A stretch of 64,000 bases of DNA from Selaginella moellendorffii. Taxonomy: Eukaryota; Plantae; Lycopodiophyta. The first letter of the stretch is position 1. Each line of letters opens with the position of its first letter. The stretch covers positions 1 to 64,000 of the forward strand of contig NW_003314413.1 in the NCBI RefSeq assembly GCF_000143415.4. Reading direction: 5' to 3'. The translations under genes were made by a program, and so were the position numbers. The notes below the pieces were generated by a model. That model was not told the DNA's origin, did no database searches, and was given only the letters and a program-made list of their open reading frames with translations. Below are positions 38,181 to 49,711 of the stretch, piece after piece.

Positions 38181-39599
38181 TAATTTTGTTTGCGTTTATC
38201 TTTGTATTAGTTTTCTTTCTACCTTGCAAGATGTTTTTAAACTACGAGCATGGAAGCACATTCAAATTTGCAGTTTGATTCCTCCCACAGCACCCTGGAA
38301 ATGCCAGAGGTTTGTTAACATACTTTGTTCTCCTTTGTTCTTCATTTGCCTTTTCTTAGGTTGGTTTCGGTGTCAAGGACAACGATTGGGAGTGGAAAGT
38401 GGATGTCAAAGAGCTTTTTGGCTCTTGTTTTCAGTAATTTAGTCCCAGAAAACATTTTACAATGACTGTACAAGATTTGAGTGCATTTTGACAAGTATAA
38501 AACTGTATAAATCAACAACATTTTTGACTTTGGGACAGAGCTGGTTGATTGGGTGTCTTGTCCTGGCTGGTTGGCTTCTCATGCCTATGAATCTTAAGAA
38601 CCCTCATTTTCCATATAGCATAATCTTTTATTAACTTGAAGTAAAAAATAAATTTGTGAAGAGCTGAGGCAATTGCAATTGTGTGCAATGAGAAATGTTC
38701 TAGCTTCTCAAGGACACTCTCACCATCAACTAGCGACTCTAATGTTTATCCATTGTCCTTAGATAATGTAGTATTTCTGGCATAATTGCTTGATTATTTA
38801 TTGAGCTTTAAAGCATCACTAAGTGTTTCCCACTCTCCAACCAAATTGCATGTAACCTATTGGCCTCAATCAGCTCTAGCAACTCCACCTATCTATCTCC
38901 TTCTGGCCCTCCTCCTTCAGCAAACATTGATTTAATCCAAGTAACTGTTGATACAATTATATGGTTAGCTTGTTAGATTGCTTGATATTGTTGAATGTGG
39001 TATGATTCACCAGCTTGTGCAAAGACAAGAAACACAGACAACACTTTAGTGGTCATGTACTCTTGTAGAAGGATCAGGAAGGATTTAAGGGCTTTTGAAA
39101 GAATGTGACCACACTATTTCCTAGTTAAACAATGTTTTGTGTTTCAAAGTTGTTTGGTATGCTTTTCAATTTCCCACCCTTTTATCGATGTGTGCTCATT
39201 TTTGCATAGGAGTGAGCTCCCATCCATATACGATGGTAATATCTTCTTTGAGATACCACTTTTTGTTAGTTTAAAACAAAAAGGGATGGAGACCAAATAA
39301 GACATCCACAATTAGTGTAAGTTAAAGACTATACACTTCTAGCATTTTGAAGGCATAATGTCTATAATAAATATTTAAATTGCATGCAATCAAGAGAGTG
39401 GTAAAATTTTTATATTTTTTGAAAGATCTACAATTAATTCTCCCATCTATAACACCATTGGTGTCAGATTCATGTCTAAGAATCTATAAAGCTAGGATGT
39501 ATTACTTTTGTTTGCGGGATGGAGAGGCTAGTACAATTGTAATATATATTAGCACATATATGCATCTAATGTAAGAAGGGATGCCAAGGAGTTTAATAA

Positions 39600-42500
39600 A
39601 TTATTTCAAAGATGTTATATGGACAAAGACTATAATAAACTCATTTGCAACTCTGAAATATATTCAAAAAATTATGCTAAAGGATTTTATTGCAAACATC
39701 TTACTTGATCTAAGTTACAAAAAGATACAATTGGATAAGGCTAGTTTTTGAGACTTACTACGATATATACAACTTATAACTAACCTTAAGAAGTAAGAAA
39801 ACAATATTTTGTACTTTAGAATAATATCTCTCTTACATTTCTTTTGTCTAGGAAAAAGTCTTAGATATGTGAATATCGAAAGGGGAAGCTATAATAAGAA
39901 ATTGACTCTATCCTTGAACTAAAACAAACTTATCCTTATTAGTTTATTCATAAAAGTTTCTTTCAAAACAAAGTCATTAGTGAACAAGAGTGCCCTTTTG
40001 TTCAAAATGTCTATTATGTGCCCACCTCTGGTATAAGTCTTATTTCTCGAATAGATATATCTAGGTCAAGTGACCTTGTCAATATATAAGTACATTTTGA
40101 CCATATGGAGCAAGTATTAAGTTGGACAACCATGTGAGGTAGTTATCTTAAAATGGTTTTAGGTATTGCCTTTTTCACAAGTTATATTCCAATTTAACAA
40201 TTGCAACAATATAAGACCAAATGGCCTAAGAAATATTTTAAAAGTCCATAGAGCTAAATCAAATTCATAAGACTATCAACTTTTGTAGTTTCATAGAAGA
40301 TGGGGAAAGGTTAATTAAAATGGCATTCATGCAATTTTTGGGAATGGTCAGCCCCTAGAAGGTTATGATAAAACTTGTGAGTTCTATTAAGTTCCATTTA
40401 GCATTTAAAAAGTTGTTTAAATAATGGCAATTTCACCTTCTAAAAACAAGCATAAAACAAAAGCAAATGAGATCCAAATGTAAATGGCCATACAAATATA
40501 AGTTGTCTACATAATTTGAGTTATGGGTTGGGTGGTGGGAAGTAAAGATATTCTAATAAGGATATTACTCTCTTTATGTAAGTTTTTCTTTTTAATGCCT
40601 TTTAATATCACCTTTTATTAGGACCACTTGAGGACTTCGCATACATTGCAATTATGAATCTCTTTAAGAGTAAGCACTAAAATTGATATTCCTTTGAGGT
40701 AAGAAAAGGGAAGATGAGTTTATATAAATTGGGTTTGATATATGTTATAAAAAAAATTTCAAAAAATTTAGTATTCAAGAAAGGAAGATACATGGGAACA
40801 TGACTTTTTATTGAGATATTACACAATTGGATAAAGAAGAAAGTGATTCTACCTACACAAACAATAATAAATATAGTGAAGGTAGTGGTTTGTGGTATAT
40901 TTATGGAGTACACTCTCTAAGCTTTTATTATGAGATTGCTAATGAAGATGTTAGTATGGACTTTGCAACAAAAAGCTTTTACAAGTTTGATGTTAAATAT
41001 CATTTTACTCCAAGACATTGCCCACAAATTGAATTACCTCAAGTGGTTAATGAAGAAAGTGCATTATAACAAGTTGAAATTGTTTATTAAAGCATGAAGC
41101 TGAGAGAATGGGTAATTTGCCAAGTGTTAACAAAATTTAATGTAATATAGTGATACTTCTAAAATGCAAATGCTAGATCTAGATCTATGGTGACAAATTT
41201 ATTTATGTTCTATCCCCATATTTCCATAGGGAATAAAAGCAAGTAAAATTTTAAAGATAGTGTTGATTGTATTGTTGCAATATCAATATTAACCATACTA
41301 AGTAGCTTGAAGACATTATAGTGATAAAATTTGATGCAATACCTTAAGAATGGCTATGTTAATAGGTCATCCTCACTTTGGATAAGATTGAAAACCTTAA
41401 GAAATTTAGTTTAAATCTTAAGAGGAGAGTTGAAGACATGAGTGACAAAATTAATATTATTCCAATAAAGATACATAAAAGGCTAGCAAGAAAAGGTAAG
41501 ATAGCCAAATTTATTGGTCCCATTTATGAAAACAAAAGGTGGAAAGTACATAACTACTATTCAAGACTTTCCTTTTTAGGAAGGCATATACTCCTTACAA
41601 GCATATGTATTACATTTTTATTAGAATCCTATAGTGCATATTATATACACCAAATAATCTTTATTACTGTTGAGTTATAAAAATATTTTTGGATGTAGTT
41701 AGATTATATTTTATTCTCTATTGATAATATAAGCTTTTATATTTTGTAAAATTACTAGAAATAAGTTTATATTCATATGTCTCATAGATACATGGCCTTA
41801 TAAAATAATATTAACTCAAACTTAATCATTTTTAAAATTTGATAGATCTCTTATATTTATAATTATTCTAAATATTGTAAAAATTTAAATTAAATTTAAA
41901 TTAAATGTGTGAGTGTATGGAATATAAAAAGGGAATACAAAAAATGTGCATATCAATTAGCTTAAAAACTCTAATTTATATATAAGAGTGAGTGGTCCAA
42001 ATTGAAACCAATCTGATGGCTACCAAAATCCCATTACGTTAATACTAACATACGGTATCGTAGCCGTACACTTGGACCTCACATCATCCCCTCCTCTTGG
42101 AATAATAGAAGACCATCAAGGTTCTCTCGTAGATGGGCCGGGATTGGGTGGAATATTAGGAGGAGGCATTAATAGATTTATAAGTGGTATCAGTTGCTTT
42201 GAATCCTTTTGTATGAAGCATTTTAACTGTTCCACATGCACAATTTCTAAAGGATCATCCTATTAGATATCATGCTAAATCTCATAAACTTGTGGTCCAA
42301 CTTGCTGCAACACCTGATATAGTCCTTTCCACTAAACAAGGAGCCTCTTAGATAAACCATGTATCGTAAGATGAGGAAAATGGACTAACACTAAGTCATC
42401 CACTTTGTACTCTGTAGGTGGACGATGATGGGAGTTGTAATGCTATTGTTGTCTCACTTGTATGTAGTTCAGTAAACTCTGCTTGGACAAGTAGAAGAAT

Positions 42501-45500
42501 GTTTGTCAAATATTAATCCCACAACCTAGCATTGACAGCTCATGGCAATTGCGAAGGTAAACCCAGCTCTGTTGGTAATATTGGATTATGACTATATAGG
42601 AGTTTATATGGTGAAGCACCAATAGAACTCTGCACCCCTATAATATATGTACACTGAATAGACGCCAAATAACCATCTTAATCTAATGTTGAAAGTTCAT
42701 GTACTTCGCAATCATCCCTTTGAATGTCCGAACGAGCCATTCCACCAAACCATCTGATTATGGATGATAAGCACTCGTGAAAGTGTGGCATATTCCCAAC
42801 TGAGATGTCAAAACATAAAATGCTTTAGCCATAAACGTGGGACCATTATCTGAAAGAATCTACTCTAGATAAGAATGCTGGAATACCACTCAATTGAGGA
42901 AGTATATAACAACAATTGCAAAGGTGCTAGCAAGAGCACCAACTTCCACCTAATGAGTCAAGTAATCAGAAGCAATAATAACATACTTATTGCTAACAGT
43001 TGATCATGGAAAAAGTCTCATAAAATCAAATGCCATCAACTCAAACGGATGGGAAATTCCAATTGACTCCAACTATCCTCTTACAACATAAAGGGGAGTA
43101 TTACAAACTTGGAACCAAACAAAGCTATACACATACCAAAACATCATGTCGCATCTTTGGCTAATAGAAATATCTATATGGTTTTTCAGTCACACAATAA
43201 TGTCCCATATGCCTGCTTAAAGCAGGAGCATGGAGGAACTGTGGAATAAAAATTGAAGGCACCATCAGCCATAAGTGATCATTAGGATCCATCCTCACAA
43301 AATAAAGGTCATTTTCAAGATGATATTGAGAATGTAAATGCCAAAATGGCAAGTCATCAACAAGTGATGAAGTATTCTCAAACTCATCATGAAGCCTTTG
43401 AATCTATGGCTCAATCTTTTGAGCCTCGTGAATTTCATCAAGAGAAAGTAGATCTTGCTCTGCACCTTGTGGACACTAAATGTCAAGTACAACAACTGCC
43501 GATGGCATAGAATCCTTGTCTAAAAAATCCATAAATGCTAAAACAACAAGCTCGTCTGAAACATGAAAAGAGAGCAAAGAAGGAAAAGGAGCTCAAGAAA
43601 GGGCATTAGCATCAGCCATAGAACTCCCCGAGTGATGAACAACATCAAAATTATATATTTGAAGCCTCAAAGCCCACCGAGTAGTATAACCAACTAAGTT
43701 TTTCTGCTTCAATAATGAAGTAACAGCAGCATGATCACTTTTTAGTAATGTTTGAGAACCATATAGATATGCATAAAGTTTCTCGAAACCCCAGACTACT
43801 ACTAAACACTCCTTCTCTATCATGGAGTAGTTCACCTCCGCTAGTTGTAATGTACAACTGATGTATGCAATGGGATGGCGCTAACTAAGCATACTCGGGC
43901 TCTCTTGCATCAACACATCTCCAAAACCAATATCATAAACATCCACACACAAAATGAAAGGTCAAGTGTAGTCAGGATATACAAAAACCAGAGGAGTCGT
44001 CAATATTACTTTGAGATTTATGCACATTCACTCATAGTCCATAGACCAAATAAAAGATGATGTTGATGACTTTAGCAATGCTTGCAATAGTGCATAATTA
44101 GAAAGATGATCCACGAAATGATCGAGATATTGCACCTTGTCTAAGAAGCATTACACATCATTCACACACTTCGGAGTAGAGAACTTTAGAACAGCCACAA
44201 GTTTGTCAAAATCAACTTATAAACCCTCACAAGAAGCACAGTACCCAAGATAAGTTATATCGTTAGACCTTAACACGCACTTCGACCACTTCAGTTTTAA
44301 ACCAATAACCGATCCAACACTTTACGAACATCACAACCCACGTCCTCTCCAAGTGGATCAAGACATCATCAATGAAGTCAACAGTCACCTCCAGCATATC
44401 GCAAAGAACCTCATCTATCATTCGCTGAAAAATTGCTAGAGCATTGTTCAAACTAAATAGCATCACCAAAAACTTGTACAAAACAAATGATGTATGAAAA
44501 TCAATCTTAGGAATATCTTCTTCGACTATAGGTACATGTTAGTACCCAAAAGCAAAATCTAGCTTGGTGAACTAGTAACTTCTCCCCAAACAATTTAAGA
44601 AATCAATAGTGTGAAGAAGAGGGTATATATCAAAAATCGTCACTTCATTTCACGGACAATAGTTAATGCAGAAATGAATACTCCCATCAGATTTCGTAAT
44701 AAGATGAGGCCATCTCTGTTATCTCTGCAGACCAGACATGCCCAAGGACTCCACGACTTTCAAATAAAACCCTTTTCTAACATTATTTTGATATTTGCAT
44801 GTAAAATCTTGATCTCTTTGGCTGAGCAACGATGAACCTTGATTAAACGAGCATCCCTAGTTGGAATCAAATGATGGGTGGCAATCTTGGCCCCAGACAA
44901 TAAATTAAATTCAAAGAAATCGGCATACTCCTTCATAAGTCAATCAACCATTACAACACAAAGACTGTCATAAGGATTGGAAAAGGGGAGAGAGGAACAA
45001 GACGAAAACATAAGAGAAAGTAATGGGGAGACAAACAAAATGGAAGCAAAAGTAGAAGTAGAGGGACAAAAAAGTACGGAATTGAGAGGAATGAATAAAA
45101 TATAAGGAAGTATAAGACAAAGGGGAGAAGCTTCAAAATCATACTTGGCATGATTTTGTTACAACCAATCCATACTAAAGATGAGGTCAAAAGTTTGACT
45201 GAGCATCACCCACAATGACCACAACCCAAGCTCAAGATTGCCCACATGCACAACAAAGTTTGCTTCATTCCGTGCATATGTATATGTACGACTGTTGCCA
45301 TAAAAAATGAAAATTGGCTCCACCGCATGACGCAAATGTAGATAGTAACGTGTGGTAATAGGTCGAGCAATAGAAGATAAACTCAAACCTGTATCAACCA
45401 ACACAGAGAAAATAATAGGAGTCTTCTTGTTATAAAAATGAGCTTGGAAAGTAAACACTAAATGAACTGGTGCCGAGTGAACCACTTGATAATACTCCTG

Positions 45501-47072
45501 AAAGAAAGATGAAGGGGTCACTGACTTATTCGCACAAGGTCCCTTTATTACTTGCTTGATTCCTCATTTCCTAGATGTATTTCGGTGTCCAGACCTTCCA
45601 CTACAGTAGCACCAACAAGACATTGTTGACGCCAAGGTCTTCACCCAAGAAATGGAGGCTATTAATATGGAAAATGCGAACAACACCGATAAGTGTGACT
45701 AACTTCATTATATACCCAGTAGTGAATATCATGGCCATGACCACGTCTTTGCCCTTGTCCTTGAACTTGAGCAGCAACAACATTAACCTTTATTGGAACA
45801 AGACCATCTCCCATAAGAAATAGAGCTAAAGGATGTGTAGCAAGAAGTGAAAGAGGCAATGTCTCATAAAGTTGTGCTAAGCAAAAGGCATTATCAAGGG
45901 TGGTTACAGTAAGTGCATGCACAAGTCCTACAAGATCTTGATAAAGTGTTGGCCACATCCCAGCTTGATCCGCTCTAACATATTTAACTCCGCATGAAGC
46001 AAGAGGTTTCGGAAACGAACACCAAATTGCATCACTGACTCTAATAGCCCTTGATGACGATGATGCAATTGTTAAAAGGCATCATCACAATCATCAGCAT
46101 GTCTGAATGCATGTTTTAAAACGTCCGGGAGAATACTCCAATCCCCATCAGTGACTACACTCAAACCATTGTACCATTGTAGCACCATCCCTTGGAGATA
46201 TATAGGAAACTCACGTAAATGTCGAGCATCATCTTAAGAATGATCAGTGGCAATCATTGTGAAGTGATCAAACCTATAGTACATATCATCCCTAAGATTC
46301 CAACCAAAAAACTCCAGCTGAATGTGAAGATTGACACTAAGACCAAAAGGAGTTATACCACGTGCCATGAATGCTACTATGGTACTAGTTTGGTTATTCA
46401 ATTGCAATTGCATAGCATCAAACAATTACATTAACTGTTGCTCTAAAGTCAAAGGAGGAAACTGCTGCTCTGCTATGAAGATGAATGAAAAGGAAAAAAG
46501 AAAAGAAATGGAAAAAGCTAGAAGGAAAGGGAGATTTAAACAATGCAAAAGTTAAATCTAAACCAAAATCCCCAAAGAAAAGAACAAAAAAAAGGAAATG
46601 GAAAAAACTAAATCTAGACAATACAAAAGCTAGATCTAAATATAATCCTAATCCAAGCATTCCTCAAGGATAATCAAAAGTGTTTTTCATCTCCACCAAT
46701 GTAAGTGCATGGAATATAAAAAGGGAATACAAAAAATGTGCATATTAATTAGCCCAAAAAATTTAGGTTATATACAAAGTGAGTGGTCTAGATTGAAACC
46801 AATCTGACAGCTACCAAGTCCCACTATATTAATATTAGCATACGGCATCGTACCGTACACTTGACCTCACAAATGTAAATTTATAAACTTACCTATTTTA
46901 GCACATAATAAATATTTAATGTTTTAGATAAGGAATCTCATTTTTATTAAAATAAAATAATTTATATTTCATAGCTAGATTCACTATAAACCTTAATTTA
47001 TAAAACTTTGTAATATTTGTATTAAACTACATTTTAAATTTTAGTTCAACTGGTGAGCTCCAACTTTTCAAC
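39600..47072 (+). mobile_element. Eroded SWIM-zinc-finger repeat element, copy B (interrupted by family B Gypsy); left end not defined
   Basis: Homologous to the copy A pieces. Remnants QRCYMDKDYNKLICNSEIYSKNYAKGFYCKHL (~39607-39705) and IQDFP...PYKHMYYIF (~41560-41620). Same right-end sequence as ~30536-30602. Confidence 0.65.
41908..46871 (-). mobile_element. Complete but decayed short-LTR Ty3/Gypsy element (family B), ~5 kb; LTRs 41908-42083 and 46700-46871
   Basis: ~175-bp TG...CA LTRs. PBS TGGTGGAGATG (tRNA-Ala-like) at 46688-46698. PPT AAGAGGAGGGGATGA. TSD AATG. RT (YKFLVMLFSLNNALAIFQRMID...FIDDVLI), RH (EKECLVVVWG...SDH...RWALRLQ) and INT remnants in Gypsy order. Confidence 0.9.
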
Positions 47073-47074
47073 GG

Positions 47075-49711
47075 CAATCTACATGCTATATGGCCAGATT
47101 CATGATGACAAGGCAATGTTTGTCAATGCCTGTGAAGACTGTCACATGATTATCACTGGCTATGCTGCAACTGGAGATATTCTATTGGCAAGAGAAATGT
47201 TTGATTTGATGCTGCTGTAAGAAATTAATCACAATACTCCAATACTAGTAGCTTCGGTTGCGCAAAATGCTTCCTTGATAGAGCCAGTCCGCCCAACATA
47301 AATTTAGTGGGAGGATGTGTTTGATCATCAGCTATGCCGATGCTGGGTAGGAGCTAGACATTGCACCGATCATATAGAGTTTGTTGCTTGTGCGAAGATT
47401 GGAGCTCTTGAAGAATGTATGGCAATCCATAATGATGTGGCCCATCTTGGCCTAGTGGTGCTAGGTACACACATGGTTGGTCCTAACCGTTCCGAATGCC
47501 GATTGGCCGACCAGCCAACCGTGGTTATTGACCAATTGTGAAAATGCCAAATGGCCGAACAGTCCACAAATTTTTTTGATAAAAAAAAAACATTTTTAAT
47601 AAAACCACATTAATAAAAATAGGAAAACCAAAGCAAATGATCCCTCATAGCCTATAGAAGCATTCATAGGCTGAGATTGATTAACACTTTGTGTACCAAC
47701 TCCAGAAGCAAATGCCCCATCAAATGCATACTTTGTAGATTTGCTATAGAAGGTAAAGACAAAAGGGCATTTATGATTTGCTCCACAAACATTCAGTAAG
47801 CTTAGTTTGAACATGAAAAAGAATGTTTAAAGCATTACATGCTTCAATATCATACCTAGAAATTTTTGCAAGATGCACCTTGATTCATTTCGGTAGACTG
47901 CCATACATTTTTTCACAATAATTACATTTCCAATGCCTAGCTCCTTTGCCGGAAGCATAAGGAGTGAGCTTGGTAACATGGGACCATGCTCAATCGGGCA
48001 CCATTGCTCAATTGTGCCAGAATTGCTATAATTGTTAGAATCAAATCTCTGAAATCACTAGAATTGTAATTTCCATTTTAGGGCAAAAATTATAAGTGTC
48101 ACAGACTGGGCAATTTGTGAGACCTTAGTGAGCTGCTCCACGCTCAATCGAAAGTAGAGGCTGACCGACTGGAGAGTTTCGCCCTGTAGAGCTCAGTACG
48201 CACGCAGCTCCTATAGGCTATAGCCCTCTTCGTCGGATTCTATGTAGGCTTGCTAGGCTGGGCATTCGTGGATGGATGGATCGCTCCATAGCAGCAGGAG
48301 AACAGCAAAGCAGTGGAGATGCAGTGGTGATGGCAATAGCCACAGCAGCATCAGAAATCTAGCCCCTGTGAGCGTGATCACCATTTTTTTCACTGAACGG
48401 AGCTGTCTGACTGCATTTGGCAGCGGTCGAGATTTCGGCCGAACGCGGTCGGGACCAACCATGGGTACACAGCACTGGTCACCTTGTAAGGACGGTGCTC
48501 CATGGTTGAGCAAAGGAAGCGCCAAGAGAAGCATGGTCTTGGCCTTAGGACGCAATTAGGTTCTGGAGATCGAAGGAATGCAACCCTACAAAATGCATTT
48601 GCACCAGCATCCCAGCTCTGGGAAAGCTCCTCCATGGTGGAACTCTCACTGGAGGAGCTCAGTTTTCTCAGCATGGTGGAACATAAAGCATAAATTCATG
48701 CACCAAAACCAGTGGTAACAGTCACTACCATTTGTTTGCTCTTAACCCTGGCTACAAAGCTCGACCTGGAGCAGGTGATTGCGACTCTCCCATGGTTGAA
48801 GTGCAGGCTCTATTCCGTCCACGATACCCCCACAATCCTTAACAAGGAGGATGAGTTGTGTTCCCATGAATTTGTCCCAACCATCAAGCTTAGCTTTGCA
48901 GGAGGTGGGGAATGAGGTGGAGGTGGATTAGAGCCAAGCACCCTCATTGTTGCTCTTTTCAAATATTGTTAAAATCTAGAAGAGATCTAGTAATGAGGTG
49001 GTGGTGGAGACTGGTCTTTCCTACTGGCCACATAGGGCACTCATCCCGCCACTTGCACTCTGGGATCCAGCGCTCTACTTGCAAGCTCTCCTCCTCGTCT
49101 GTCAGTGGTCTTCTGGGCTAGTTCGGATTGGCCATTGGATTGTTTTCAACCCAAGAATTTTGCTCAGTTAACTTCATAGCGTGTCGGTTACATCGTTATA
49201 TAGCTAGCTATGGATGTGGAGGATCGCTGATGTGGTGATCTGGTGTTTTCCCATACTCCACACCAACGTTGTCCTCACCACCGCCATGATCACCACGTAC
49301 GGCAAAGCTGGCGGGCTATAGCTGACGAGGCAAGCGTTCGAGAGCTCCCCAGTCGCGAGAACCGACGTTGTCTCGTGGACCACCGCCTACGCCCGGAATG
49401 GATTCCCGGCAAGAGCCACGGAGCTCCTCTGCGAAATGCTGCTCCACGGCGTCTCTCCATCTCCAGCCACTCAGGGAAGCTCGGCAATGGATAAGACGGA
49501 TCTGCTGGGACGCTCGGGCCAGATCAAGGAACCCGAGGATCTCATCGCCAACATCCTGTTCAAGCCTCAGTCGGTGCTGTGGATGTCGCTCCTCAGCTTG
49601 TGTAGACTCCATAGCGGCACTTCACGCCGGAGGAGAACCGCTAGCGAGCTCGTGAAGCTGTCCAGTCGAGACGACGCTGCTCCATTCGCGCTGGTCAACG
49701 CTACCACCTGA
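47075..49711 (+). pseudogene. Fragmented inverted copy of the PPR gene at 53186-54991 (pieces ~47075-47471, 48464-48550, 49240-49711)
   Basis: Pieces match that gene in order (GQIDDAKAMF..MPVKTV; ACAKIGAL...DVAHLGL; GTALVTL.GRCSMVE; ...RRRTASELVKLSSRDDAAP(F/Y)AL.NAT), with many small deletions and two insertions. Confidence 0.88.
47472..48463 (-). mobile_element. Non-autonomous hAT DNA transposon (992 bp) retaining a BED zinc-finger remnant
   Basis: TIRs CATGGTTGGTCC / GGACCAACCATG. Perfect 8-bp TSD GGTACACA. Minus translation AWSHVTKL...RHWKCNYCEKMYGSLPK*IKVHLAKI (~47850-47990). Confidence 0.92.
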
